A stretch of DNA of 64,000 nt from Bradymonadia bacterium (lineage in GTDB: Bacteria > Myxococcota_A > Bradymonadia > UBA7976 > UBA1532), in the NCBI GenBank assembly GCA_046290225.1, contig JBKAGE010000051.1, positions 12,636 through 76,635 on the forward strand, given 5' to 3'. Each line of letters starts with the position of its first letter. The first letter of the stretch is position 1. Under the pieces are notes generated by a model, which did not search any database, was not told the origin of the DNA, and saw only the letters and a program-made list of their open reading frames with translations. The position numbers were made by a program, and so were the translations under genes. Shown piece after piece: positions 19,216-29,210 of this stretch.

Positions 19216-19853
19216 GAGGTCGACTCCTCGAACAGGTTCTCTTGAACATGGTGGGTCGTCGCCAGAGCCTTGGCGACGGCCTCGACCAGGAGACGGTGCT
19301 CGACAGTGCGGATCTGTCCCTCGAGGCCTTTGAGGGTGATGCCGCGAAAGACCGGCACCGTCTCGGTGCAGAGGGTGGGCCCGGCGTCGACCTCGGGCAC
19401 CACGTAATGCACCATCACACCCGTGTGATCGATTTGCTTGCGTTGGGCGGCGGCCCACGCGCGCTCGATGGCGTGGGTGCCCGGGAACGCTCCGGGCAAG
19501 GCCGGGTGCAGGTTGATCACGCGCTGAGGGAAGCGATCCAGAAAGGCCACGCTCAGGATGTGCATCCAGCCAGCGAGCACCACCAGATCTGGCTGGTGAC
19601 TGCTCACCAGTCGCGCCAGATCTGCGTCGTACGTGCTGCGGCCTCTGCCGTCCTGTGTGTACGGCTTCATGGGCATGTACTCTGTGGGGAGTCCCGCTGC
19701 CTCGGCCCGTTTCAGGCCATAGGCGCCTCGGCGATTGCTCACCACCACTGCGATCTCGGCGTCGAGGGTGCCGGTCTCGATGGCGTCGATGATCGCCTGC
19801 AGGTTGGAGCCGTTGCCCGAGATCAACACCGCAAGTCGTCTGCGGGGGGTCAT
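19212..19853 (-). CDS. purN: Phosphoribosylglycinamide formyltransferase
   Basis: ISGNGSNLQA, LAGWMHIL, NLHPALP, GVMVHYV. Confidence 0.96.
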   Translation of the reverse strand: MTPRRRLAVLISGNGSNLQAIIDAIETGTLDAEIAVVVSNRRGAYGLKRAEAAGLPTEYMPMKPYTQDGRGRSTYDADLARLVSSHQPDLVVLAGWMHILSVAFLDRFPQRVINLHPALPGAFPGTHAIERAWAAAQRKQIDHTGVMVHYVVPEVDAGPTLCTETVPVFRGITLKGLEGQIRTVEHRLLVEAVAKALATTHHVQENLFEESTS

Positions 19854-19866
19854 GCGTGTTCTCCGT

Positions 19867-19917
19867 TCACTTGAGCAGCACAGTCATTTCAGAAGCACGG
19901 TCATTTCAGAAGCACAG
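19867..19917 (-). repeat. Triple 17-bp repeat of the purD-purM 3' end (VLLK-stop)
   Basis: Minus strand reads CTGTGCTTCTGAAATGA CCGTGCTTCTGAAATGA CTGTGCTGCTCAAGTGA. Confidence 0.85.
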
Positions 19918-22300
19918 GGGGATGATCCCCCCGGGGGATGATCTCGGCCACGACGGCGCCGTCGAGGCGGGCCCCGGGAGCCCCTCGGCCTGCGGCCATC
20001 AGAGTGCTCACAGTCTGTTGCCGATCAGCTGCATCGACGATGACCAGCATACCCAGACCCATGTTGAAGGTTCGGGCCATCTCGGCCTCCGAGATCTGGC
20101 CCAGGCTCTGGAGCAGCTCGAAGAGGGGGGGCACCTGCCACCCGTCGGGCTTGAACTTCATGGTCACACCCTCTGGCAGAATGCGGGGCGGATTATCGAG
20201 CAGGCCACCGCCGGTGATGTGCACTAGGCCCTTGGGGGTGACACCTGCCGCGATGAGGGCTTTGATCTCGTTCAGATAGCAGCGGTGGGGGGCCAGCAGG
20301 GCCTGGCCGAGGGCGGAGCCCAGGGTGGGCTCCATGCGGCGTAGATCGCGATCGGCTACGAGGGCTCGGGCGAGCGAGTAGCCATTGGTGTGCAGCCCCG
20401 AAGAGCCGAGGGCCACCACCACATCGCCCACTTCGATGGTCGCCCCGTCGATGATGGCCTCGCGCTCCACCTGGCCCACGATCGTACCCGCGATGTCGAG
20501 CTCTCCGTCGCAGTACACCCCAGGCATCTCCGCCGTCTCGCCGCCGAGCACTGCGCAGCCCACAGCACCGCACGCCTCGGCGATGCCCTGCACCACCTCG
20601 GCCACCTGCTCGGGCACCAGCTTGCTCGCAGCGACGTAGTCCAAGAAGAAGAGAGGCTCGGCCCCCTGCACGAGGATGTCGTTGATGCAGTGGTTCACCA
20701 GGTCGTAGCCCAGTCCTTTGAGCTGGCCCATCTGCGTAGCCACTCGGGTCTTCGTGCCCACGCCGTCGGTGGAAGCCACCAGCACCGGGTGACGCATGGC
20801 CTTGAGCGAGGCGCCGTCGTAGAGGCCACCAAAGGCGCCGACGCCGGCGAGCACCTCGGGACCATGGGTGGCGCTCACTGCTGACTTCATGAGGGCCACC
20901 GCCTGGTGCCCGGCGTCGATGTTCACCCCCGCGTCGCGGTAGGTCACCGGTCGACGTGGCCCCTTGCTGAGCTGGGGGGGTCTCGAAGGGCCACCACCGA
21001 TGTCGCTGCGCCACTGCACGCCGTCGAAGAAGATCGCCCCGAGGCCTGCGTAGGCGCGGTCGAGGGCCTCTGTCAGGTGGGTGCCGATGCCTGTGATGGC
21101 CAGCACCCGACCACCGCTGGTGAGCACCTGATCCGACACCACGCGAGTGCCTGCGTGGAACGCCTGTACATCAGGCAGACTCTCCAGATCGGAAAGTCCG
21201 TGAATCGGGTGTCCTGTGTGAGATTTTGCCGGGTAGCCCGGACTCGCCGCCACCACCGTCGCCGCGAAGGCATTACGCCACTGCAGGTCGATCTCGTCGA
21301 GGCGCCCGTCGAGGCACGCTTCGAAGACCTCCACCAAATCAGAGGCCAGGAGCGGCAAGATCACCTGGGTCTCCGGATCTCCGAAGCGGCAGTTGTACTC
21401 CAGGACCTTCGGGCCATCGACGGTGAGCATCAGGCCGACGTACAAGATCCCCACATAGGGGCAGCCCGCATCGGCCATGCCCTGCAGGGTGGGTGTGAGG
21501 ACGGCCTGCTCGATCTGGGCGAGCTGGCTGCTGCTGAGTACGTCTGCAGGGGCGAAGGCCCCCATCCCGCCAGTGTTGGGGCCCTCGTCGCGATCTTTGA
21601 GGCGCTTGTGGTCTCGGGCGAGGGGCATCACCTTTGCCCGGGTGCCGTCACAAAACGCCAGCACCGAGATCTCGGGGCCGTAGAGGCGCTCTTCGAGCAG
21701 CACGGTGTCACCCGCGTCTCCAAAGGCCCGCTGGTTGAGGATCAGATCGAGAGCAGCCTCTGCTTCATGGCGGTCTTTGGGGATGATGACGCCCTTGCCT
21801 GCAGCGAGGCCCGAAGCCTTCACCACCAGAGGAGAGGCGGTGTCGTGCAGGAACGCCATGGCCTCGTTGAAGTCACTGAAAGACCACGCCCGACCTGTGG
21901 GGATGCCTTGAGACTGCATGAAGCGTTTGGCGTAGGCCTTCGAGCCCTCAAGCTGAGCCGCCGACGCCGTGGGACCGAAGCAGCGCAGCCCCGCCTCGGC
22001 GAAGCGATCGACGATGCCAGCCACCAGAGGGGCTTCCGGGCCCACCACCGTGAGATCGATGGCCTCTCGCTGAGCGTAGGCCAGCAGGCCGTCGAGATCG
22101 GTGGCCTTGAGGTCGACGTTGACGATGGGGGCCTGCTCGGCGCTGCCAGGGTGTGCGGTGCCGCCGTTGCCCGGGGCCACGTGGATCTCCGCGGCCTGTG
22201 GCGAGTGCGAAAGGGTCCAGGCCAGGGCGTGCTCTCGTCCGCCGCCGCCCACCACGAGGATCTTCTTTGTCTGCGCGTTTGAGATCGTCTGCACTGTCAT
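19901..22300 (-). CDS. purD-purM: Fused GAR synthetase (PurD) - AIR synthetase (PurM)
   Basis: Start overlaps the purF stop. PurD motifs GGGGREHAL, VGPEAPL, GPNTGGMG, EYNCRFGDPE. In the same frame, PurM motifs YRDAGV, TDGVGTK, GGETAEMPG, SSGLHTNGYSL, HITGGG, TFNMG. Confidence 0.95.
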   Translation of the reverse strand: MTVQTISNAQTKKILVVGGGGREHALAWTLSHSPQAAEIHVAPGNGGTAHPGSAEQAPIVNVDLKATDLDGLLAYAQREAIDLTVVGPEAPLVAGIVDRFAEAGLRCFGPTASAAQLEGSKAYAKRFMQSQGIPTGRAWSFSDFNEAMAFLHDTASPLVVKASGLAAGKGVIIPKDRHEAEAALDLILNQRAFGDAGDTVLLEERLYGPEISVLAFCDGTRAKVMPLARDHKRLKDRDEGPNTGGMGAFAPADVLSSSQLAQIEQAVLTPTLQGMADAGCPYVGILYVGLMLTVDGPKVLEYNCRFGDPETQVILPLLASDLVEVFEACLDGRLDEIDLQWRNAFAATVVAASPGYPAKSHTGHPIHGLSDLESLPDVQAFHAGTRVVSDQVLTSGGRVLAITGIGTHLTEALDRAYAGLGAIFFDGVQWRSDIGGGPSRPPQLSKGPRRPVTYRDAGVNIDAGHQAVALMKSAVSATHGPEVLAGVGAFGGLYDGASLKAMRHPVLVASTDGVGTKTRVATQMGQLKGLGYDLVNHCINDILVQGAEPLFFLDYVAASKLVPEQVAEVVQGIAEACGAVGCAVLGGETAEMPGVYCDGELDIAGTIVGQVEREAIIDGATIEVGDVVVALGSSGLHTNGYSLARALVADRDLRRMEPTLGSALGQALLAPHRCYLNEIKALIAAGVTPKGLVHITGGGLLDNPPRILPEGVTMKFKPDGWQVPPLFELLQSLGQISEAEMARTFNMGLGMLVIVDAADRQQTVSTLMAAGRGAPGARLDGAVVAEIIPRGDHPPVLLK

Positions 22301-23820
22301 TCGCCCTGAATCTGTTCGAAGGCCAGTTTGCTCTGATCGTCCGAGGTCAGCGCCTCGGGGATCTCGATGGGATAGTGTCCGGAGAAGCAGGCGCTGCAAC
22401 GCCCGGAGGGCTGAGCCGGATCGAGAGGCAGGGTGGCCGACATGAGGCCCTCGTGGCTCAAGTAGGCCAGGCTGTCGGCGCCGATGTGGGCCCTGATCTC
22501 TTCGACGGTGTGCCGGTGTCCGATGAGCTCGGCGTGGGTGGCCATGTCCACCCCCATGAAGCACGGGTGCTTCACTGGCGGTGACGAGACCCGCACGTGC
22601 ACTTCCGAAGCGCCACCCTCGCGGATCAAGTTCACCAGGGGGCCTACGGTGTTCCCGCGCACGATGGAGTCGTCTACCAGGACCACCCGTTTGCCCTCGA
22701 GATTGGCCCGGAGGGGGTTGTACTTGAGCTTCACCCCGGTGCGCCGCAGGCGGTCATCGGGTTGGATGAAGGTGCGCCCGATGTATCGATTCTTCGTGAG
22801 CCCCTCGGTGTAGGGGATCCCCGAGGCCTGGGCATAGCCGATGGCCGCTGGCGTCGCGGAGTCGGGTACACCCACCACGACGTCGGCTTCGACGGGGGCT
22901 TCGGCCCAGAGCTGAGCGCCGAGGCGCTGCCGCACGCCGTGGATGCTCTGCTCCTCAAGGGCGCTGTCGGGGCGAGCGAAGTAGACATATTCGAAGACGC
23001 ACAGGGCCCGGCCCTTGGGGGCGCGCCCCTCGAAGCTCTCGAGGCCCCCGTCGCTGATGCGCACGATCTCGCCGGGGTGCACCTCTCGGATGTATGTGGC
23101 GCCGATGGTGCCCAGCGCGCAGGACTCCGAGGCGATTACGTGGCCTCCGCCAGGGAGGGCACCCACACACAGAGGCCTCAACCCCAGCGGATCTCGCACC
23201 CCGTAGACCCCGTCTCGGGTGAGGACCACCAGAGAGTAAGCCCCAGCGGTCCGGGCCATGAAGGCCTTGATGCGGGCCACCCAGTCGGGGCCGTGGGGCT
23301 CACCGCCTGCGGGCGGCACCGCGAGCATCTGAGTGATGACCTCGCTGTCGGAGGACGAGGTGAGGCCGACCCCGCGCTCCAGCAGCTCTCGTCGCAGCTG
23401 AGGGGCATCGGTGACGTTGCCGTTGTGGGCCACACCGAGGGGGCCGTGCAGCGTCTCGAAGACGTAGGGCTGAGTGTTGCGCAGCTTGGGGCTGCCCGTG
23501 GTGGAGTATCGGGTGTGTCCGATGCCCAGGTGTCCTTCGAGGGGGGACAGGTTCTGCTCGTTGAACACCTGCGTCACCAGGCCCAGCCCCCGCTGAATAT
23601 ATGCCCGTTGCCCGTCACTCGTGGCGATGCCAGCGCTCTCCTGGCCGCGGTGCTGCAGGGCATAGAGCGCAAAGAAGGTGGTCCGGGCCACGTCGCGATC
23701 CCGGGCGTAGATGCCAAAGACCCCGCAGGCCTCCCGAGGGCGATCCAACGTGTCGTCCAGAAGGTCTGGTGTGGGCTGGTCGCGCAGCCAGGTCTCGCGC
23801 AGTCGATCGTGCGGGCTCAT
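22297..23820 (-). CDS. purF: Amidophosphoribosyltransferase
   Basis: EACGVFG, LQHRGQESAG, GHTRYSTTG, VDDSIVRG; C-terminal CSACFSG Fe-S-type Cys. Confidence 0.97.
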   Translation of the reverse strand: MSPHDRLRETWLRDQPTPDLLDDTLDRPREACGVFGIYARDRDVARTTFFALYALQHRGQESAGIATSDGQRAYIQRGLGLVTQVFNEQNLSPLEGHLGIGHTRYSTTGSPKLRNTQPYVFETLHGPLGVAHNGNVTDAPQLRRELLERGVGLTSSSDSEVITQMLAVPPAGGEPHGPDWVARIKAFMARTAGAYSLVVLTRDGVYGVRDPLGLRPLCVGALPGGGHVIASESCALGTIGATYIREVHPGEIVRISDGGLESFEGRAPKGRALCVFEYVYFARPDSALEEQSIHGVRQRLGAQLWAEAPVEADVVVGVPDSATPAAIGYAQASGIPYTEGLTKNRYIGRTFIQPDDRLRRTGVKLKYNPLRANLEGKRVVLVDDSIVRGNTVGPLVNLIREGGASEVHVRVSSPPVKHPCFMGVDMATHAELIGHRHTVEEIRAHIGADSLAYLSHEGLMSATLPLDPAQPSGRCSACFSGHYPIEIPEALTSDDQSKLAFEQIQGE

Positions 23821-23821
23821 C

Positions 23822-24874
23822 TCAGAGGCTCCCGTGATGGCCCTGGAGGGCCGAGGTGAGGGCGTCGGTGATGCGGGGGGCGGCAGGTTGAGCACCGGGC
23901 TCGAAGGGTTGTCCCGTGAGGCCGAGGAAGGCCCCGATGTATCGCCGAGCCACGGCGCGGCGGAGGTTGGTGGGCAGTGCTGGGGAGGGCCCATCGCCTG
24001 TGTATCCTTGCGCTGCGAGCCACTGGCGCAGGTACTCTTTGTCGAAGTGTTCTGGCCCTCGCCCTTCGGACTGAGCGGCCTCGTAGTCCGCCGCGAGCCA
24101 GTAGCGGCTCGAGTCGGGCGTGTGGATCTCGTCGATCAGCACGAGTCGGCCGTCGACGAGCCCGAACTCGTACTTCGTGTCCACGAGCAACAGCCCCGCT
24201 TCGAGGGCCACCTGTTGCCCACGGGTGAAGATCTCCAGCGCCACGCGTTGCACTTCGGCCCAGAGATCAGCATCGAGCAGCCCTCGGCTCACCACCTCGT
24301 CGCAGGTGAGGCGTTCATCATGGGCGCCCTCCACCCCCTTGGTGGTGGGGGTGATGACCGGCGTCGGCAGGGCATCGTTCTTCTTCAAGCCCTGGGGCAG
24401 GTCGAGGCCATAAGGTCGATCGACGCCCTGATCGTAGAGGGTCCAGAGCGAGGTCGAGGTCACCCCGGTGATGAACCCGCGGACCACCACCTCCACCGGG
24501 AGGGGGGCAGCGTTCGTCGCCAGGGTGGTGTTGGGATCAGGCAGGCCCAACATGTGGTGATCGACCACATCGGCGACGGCCCCGAACCACCACGCGCTCA
24601 GCTGATTGAGCACTTGCCCTTTGAGGGGGATGTGCCCGAGTACTCGATCAAAGGCGGAGATCCGGTCTGTGGTCACCAGCACTCGGCGACCAGCGAAGGG
24701 TCCCTCGGTGGGGGCCCAGGCGTCGCGGACCTTGCCGCGTTGTCGAGGGCCGAAGCCTGCTGGCAAATCGACCCCGGTGAGGGGGGCCTCGAGGGCGAGC
24801 TCGATGGCGGCCTCGATTTCAGGGCTCAGAGTGTCACCGGCTGCGAGGGCCTGCAGGTTGATGCCGTCAGCCAT
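23822..24874 (-). CDS. purC: SAICAR synthetase
   Basis: GKVRD, TDRISAFD, DTKYEFG, DEIHTPDSSRYW, DKEYLR. Confidence 0.95.
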   Translation of the reverse strand: MADGINLQALAAGDTLSPEIEAAIELALEAPLTGVDLPAGFGPRQRGKVRDAWAPTEGPFAGRRVLVTTDRISAFDRVLGHIPLKGQVLNQLSAWWFGAVADVVDHHMLGLPDPNTTLATNAAPLPVEVVVRGFITGVTSTSLWTLYDQGVDRPYGLDLPQGLKKNDALPTPVITPTTKGVEGAHDERLTCDEVVSRGLLDADLWAEVQRVALEIFTRGQQVALEAGLLLVDTKYEFGLVDGRLVLIDEIHTPDSSRYWLAADYEAAQSEGRGPEHFDKEYLRQWLAAQGYTGDGPSPALPTNLRRAVARRYIGAFLGLTGQPFEPGAQPAAPRITDALTSALQGHHGSL

Positions 24875-26294
24875 CGGAAGGCCCCTCGGCCGATGCAGAG
24901 GTCACGAGCAAAGCGGCGATGTGACGAGCGCGCTCTGGCGCGTCGCCGACATAGTCATCAGCGTTGAGGCAGCCTCGGGCTTCAGCCTCGCTCAAGAGCG
25001 AGGTCACTCGCGCGTCGGTGCACAGCGTATCGGCGAGGTTGTGGGTGCCAGTCTGTCGGACCTCAGCCCAGGCGGCGAGGGCGTGCTCCCGGATCACCTC
25101 GTGCAGCACCTGGCGATCGCCGCCGCGCTTCACCGCCTCCATGAGCAGGCGCTCCGTGGCGGCGAAGACCCCGTAGTGATCCATGAGACGGGCCGTGGCG
25201 CCGGCGTCGACCCGGAGGCCGTCGATGAGCCGGAAGGCCCGCTTGAGCAGCTCGTCGGTGATGAGGCAGGCCTCCGGCAACACCGTGCGGCGGTTGGCGC
25301 TGTCGTCGAGCGTACGCTCCAAGAGGCTGTGGGCGGCGTTGTCCCAGGTGACCCGGGGCAGAGCGGCGAGCAGGCGGGCCAGGGAGTCCATGTTCTCAGC
25401 GTTGATGGGGTTGCGCTTGAAAGGCATGGCGCTCGACCCGATCTGCCGCTTGCCGAAGGGCTCGGCCCACTCACCGATGGGCGGGCTCTGGAGCAGCCGC
25501 AGATCGAAGGCGAATTTGTAGAGGCTCTGGCCGAGGCTCGCCAGCGTGCTGATCACGCGGTGATCCTGCTTTCGGGCATACGTTTGGGTCGCCACAGGCA
25601 TGGCCTCGATGCCCAACTGCCCCATGACGATGTCTTCGAGCTGCGCCGGGGTGATGGCCTTGCCCTCGAGCAGCTGATGATACGACGCCGCCGTGCCCAC
25701 GGCCCCTTTGAACCCCTTGCCCCTGATCTGATCGCGCACCCGCTTCAAGTCGTCGTAGTCGACGAGCAGATCGTACCCGTACTGTGCGAGGCGATAGCCC
25801 AGTGTGGTGGGCTCTGCAGGCTGCAGGTGGGTGAAGGCCATGGTGGTGGTGTCGGCGTAGGTTTCAATCTGTGCCGCAAGCCGGATCATGAGGGTCTCGA
25901 GCTTGCCGAGCAGCAGGTCGAGGGCATCTCGTAAGCGCACCGCGTCAGCGTTGTCCTCTACATCCATGCTGGTGGCCCCAAGATGGATGATGCCGCCGCC
26001 CACGGGGCACTGCTCGGCGTAGGTGTGCACCTCGGCCATCAGATCGTGTCGCAGCTCACGCTCGTGCTCTTCCGCCCGAGCGAGATCGATGTCGTTCACG
26101 TGGGCGGCGAGATCGGCCACCTGGGCTTCGGTGACGAGGCCCGCCTGCTGTTGCGCCTGAGCCAGAGCCACCCAGACACGACGCCAGAGACGGTGTTTGT
26201 GGGCCTGGCTCCACAGCGCACGCATCTCGTCGCTGCCATATCGCCAGGTGAATGGGGAGAGGTACCGCTCGTGATCGAAGGACGGTCCGGTCAT
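24867..26294 (-). CDS. purB: Adenylosuccinate lyase
   Basis: HDLMA, IHLGATS, FTHLQPA, GSSAMPFKRNP, ERTLDDSANRR; start taken at MTGPS. Confidence 0.95.
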   Translation of the reverse strand: MTGPSFDHERYLSPFTWRYGSDEMRALWSQAHKHRLWRRVWVALAQAQQQAGLVTEAQVADLAAHVNDIDLARAEEHERELRHDLMAEVHTYAEQCPVGGGIIHLGATSMDVEDNADAVRLRDALDLLLGKLETLMIRLAAQIETYADTTTMAFTHLQPAEPTTLGYRLAQYGYDLLVDYDDLKRVRDQIRGKGFKGAVGTAASYHQLLEGKAITPAQLEDIVMGQLGIEAMPVATQTYARKQDHRVISTLASLGQSLYKFAFDLRLLQSPPIGEWAEPFGKRQIGSSAMPFKRNPINAENMDSLARLLAALPRVTWDNAAHSLLERTLDDSANRRTVLPEACLITDELLKRAFRLIDGLRVDAGATARLMDHYGVFAATERLLMEAVKRGGDRQVLHEVIREHALAAWAEVRQTGTHNLADTLCTDARVTSLLSEAEARGCLNADDYVGDAPERARHIAALLVTSASAEGPSDG

Positions 26295-26520
26295 GGGGAT
26301 GCTCGTCGAGATCGGGCCCCCAGACACTGGGCAGAGATCAGGACGCACGTCACCGCTGAGCAGACGTCGCTGATTTCAGGCCTGGGGCGAGTGTGAGTAG
26401 GAAGCGGGTCGCGTTCCGGAAGGTCGGGGAGTGCCACTTGGCGGCTCCTCAGCGCGTGCGCTGGCCGGTCGCAAGGCGTGAGACCCTACGCCCTGAAAAG
26501 GCGAAACGCAAGGCACAGAA

Positions 26521-26538
26521 CTGTGACAAATGTCACAG
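26521..26538. promoter_or_regulatory. Perfect CRP-type box (TGTGA-N6-TCACA)
   Basis: CTGTGACA-AA-TGTCACAG palindrome in the divergent purB / lipoprotein intergenic region. Confidence 0.6.
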
Positions 26539-26666
26539 CGTGACCCATGAGACACGTGCCCGACACAGGGGCTCGGAACCGCTGAAAATGGACCATGAGC
26601 GTGTGGCATCGAGGTTGCTGAAAAAGGCGTTGAAGAAGGAGTGGAAACACAGGATAGGGACTCCAA

Positions 26667-27119
26667 ATGCCGACGTTCAGATATGCTTCCGTGCTGTATG
26701 TGCTCTGGGCCTTCAATACGGGCTGTATGAAGACCAGCCAGTACCGGCCTGCTCAGAAAGGCCGGGCCTACCTCTATGTAGAGCAGAGCCGGCTGGCGGT
26801 CTTCAAAGACAATGTCAGCTACGGCAGCGACAACCTCACACAGGCCTTCAGCTGTGACGGGGCCACGGCGAGCCGCGGGTTCACCGCTCAGACCTCCATC
26901 AGCGATGGAGAGAAGACTCTGCAGACCGCCAGCATGATCAACGTGCTGGGCATTCTGTTGCCGCCCCTGCTCGCAGTGTCACCCTACTTCATCATCAAGG
27001 GCAGCAACGCGCTGGACGCCGGCCAGGCCGCCCTCGTGGACGCCGTCAACATGCACAACGACGCTGAGTCGTGTTTCAGCGCACATGATGCTGTCAGCCA
27101 GGTGGAGGGTCGGCGATGA
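26667..27119 (+). CDS. Hypothetical lipoprotein / membrane protein
   Basis: NTGC lipobox-like; hydrophobic segment; shares DAVNM(H/Y)xD..C with the next gene. Confidence 0.65.
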   Translation: MPTFRYASVLYVLWAFNTGCMKTSQYRPAQKGRAYLYVEQSRLAVFKDNVSYGSDNLTQAFSCDGATASRGFTAQTSISDGEKTLQTASMINVLGILLPPLLAVSPYFIIKGSNALDAGQAALVDAVNMHNDAESCFSAHDAVSQVEGRR

Positions 27120-27646
27120 GACGCTTGGGCATGCGATTTGGGATCATGATGGTGTGTGCCGCGTTGACCATGGTGGGGTGTGGTGGGGCCCGATCGAGTT
27201 ACACACCACAGCACAATGCCCCAGGAGAGCTGAGGTGGTCATACGCCGATCAGCGCCTCGAGGTGTTTCAGGGCGATCGTCGAGTGGGCCGCGTGGGCGA
27301 CTGGTCCGATCTCGATGCCGCTGTGGGGTGTGTGCCCGAGGCGGGCGTCCTCGCAGCCTCTGCAGAGTCGAGCGGTTCATTTGGAGAGGTGATGGGCATG
27401 GCGAGCATCGCCACCCTGGTGGGGAGCAGCGCCTATGGGGTGTACGGCGTACTCGATGACGACACCGACAACGATCTCAGCGCTCTGGCGGTCATGGGGG
27501 GTGGTCTGCTGATCGGCCTGGGCCTCGCCCTCGTGGCTGTGGATCAGCAATCGTCGAGCACGCGCGACGCGGTCGACGCCGTGAACATGTACACCGACCG
27601 CCACCGCAGCACTGCGGCGTGTCTACGACGAGGCCCTCTCGAATAG
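27116..27646 (+). CDS. Hypothetical lipoprotein / membrane protein (paralog of the upstream gene)
   Basis: MVGC lipobox; two TM segments; DAVDAVNMYTD; overlaps the upstream stop. Confidence 0.7.
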   Translation: MRRLGMRFGIMMVCAALTMVGCGGARSSYTPQHNAPGELRWSYADQRLEVFQGDRRVGRVGDWSDLDAAVGCVPEAGVLAASAESSGSFGEVMGMASIATLVGSSAYGVYGVLDDDTDNDLSALAVMGGGLLIGLGLALVAVDQQSSSTRDAVDAVNMYTDRHRSTAACLRRGPLE

Positions 27647-27872
27647 GGCGGGTAGAACATATCAATGTGCCGGGTGACGCATCCGGGTCATGACCCACCC
27701 CTCCTAATGCTTCTGCTTCTTCTGCCGTAACAGTAGGTGTCCGCAGCGATGAATTCGTCACTCGTCGCTCGACTGTTTCCACTGTGTCCATCTGTGCCGC
27801 CTGTGATCTTCGAGAGATCAGAGTGTCTTCCTGTGTGTGTCGGCGGCGATGTGTGTTGAAGAGAGGTGAGCC

Positions 27873-28775
27873 ATGAAAGCATCCAAGACTCTGATCTGTT
27901 CCGGCGCGTTGATGACCTCGCTGTGCCTTGCAGGCTGCGGTGAAGGCACCCCCGGCATCTGGGGTGGCCCGATGAGCCAGGATGCGCCCCCCATCCCTGC
28001 GGCACCCGGTGCCTACAGCTCTGGGCAGACCGATGGCAGCCCTTCCGGCGGGGCGGCACCACAAAACGCCGGCGGGTTGATCTCTGGCGACTGGGTGCCG
28101 GTGACGCCTCAAGCACAAGGCAGTCCCTTCGTGCAGGGCAGTGATGATCGCATCGACCCCGCGGCGCTGACGCCCGTGGAGTATGCAGGATACGACTGGG
28201 AGGTCACCGAGCTCGGCGACAAGCCTGCGGCCCCTGGGGATGCGCCGAGCCTGGCCCATGGAGATGTGTGCACCTTCGATCTCAACGCCCTCGCCCATGG
28301 ATGCGAGACAGGGCGCGAGGTGGCCTGCGTCGTAGGCGACAAGTTCGACGCGATGTTCCCCGACGGCCTCAAGTTCGAGGGCGCTGACGGGAGTTTCGAG
28401 TTGACCAGCGCTGGGGCGATGATGGCTGCCTTGCCCCCTGAGGGCAGTTTTGGCCCTGCTGACGGTCACGTTTCGGATCCCGATGCCAAGTCGGCGAACC
28501 CCCTCGCCATGCAGCTGGCCATGGTCTACGTCAACTTGGAGATGAGCGCTCAGGGCATCGCCGGCCGTACGCCGCTGCAGTCCGTGAGGCGGACCCATGG
28601 TCCCTTCGAAGGGTGGACGTACAGCGCCATCGCCGAGACGGCCAGCCAGGCCATCACCGGCGACGACGATGTGCTCGATGCGCTCGGCATCGACTTCGAC
28701 AAGCTCGGTGAAGAGCTCGCCATCCTCAATGTCGCCGCTCAAGGGTGCGCGCCTTCCGACATGATCGAGCGCTGA
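27873..28775 (+). CDS. Hypothetical lipoprotein
   Basis: GAGG RBS; LAGC lipobox. Confidence 0.7.
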   Translation: MKASKTLICSGALMTSLCLAGCGEGTPGIWGGPMSQDAPPIPAAPGAYSSGQTDGSPSGGAAPQNAGGLISGDWVPVTPQAQGSPFVQGSDDRIDPAALTPVEYAGYDWEVTELGDKPAAPGDAPSLAHGDVCTFDLNALAHGCETGREVACVVGDKFDAMFPDGLKFEGADGSFELTSAGAMMAALPPEGSFGPADGHVSDPDAKSANPLAMQLAMVYVNLEMSAQGIAGRTPLQSVRRTHGPFEGWTYSAIAETASQAITGDDDVLDALGIDFDKLGEELAILNVAAQGCAPSDMIER

Positions 28776-29210
28776 GGAGGGTTTTTCGCCGCAAAACACA
28801 AAAAATATTCACCCTCTTGTGCCCACCTGTTGTGCGACGCGCACATGGGCGGGTCTCACCCGAGCCCTCACAGCTCTGATCATCCTCCACTGATCCTCCT
28901 GCCTGCCCCCTGTGGTGCACCTCTGAGGTGCATCGCCAACCTGCCTCATCGCCCTCAGCCCTACCCCTCGATGATGTGTCCCGAATAGATGTCGAGATAC
29001 ATGTGGCCGTGCGTCGTTCGCTCAGGGCCGCACACCCTCACTCTCTGACCTGTAGGTAAAGAAATACCTTTTGCGAGACATGGGTTTACCGCAATAGGTT
29101 TCTCCCCGTTCTCGAGGCCTGAACCCGTCGTCCAACGGGTCGGCGCCCCGAGATGCCACTGCATACACGTTGTTGTTCGACTTACGTCACAGAGAAGGGA
29201 GAGGTCTGTC

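Noticed and set aside
26300..26660. ZTP, PRPP or purine riboswitch upstream of purB
   Set aside because: I could not find the conserved cores (e.g. the ZTP 3' CGCCUGGG) on the minus strand by eye. An Rfam scan is needed to exclude it fully.
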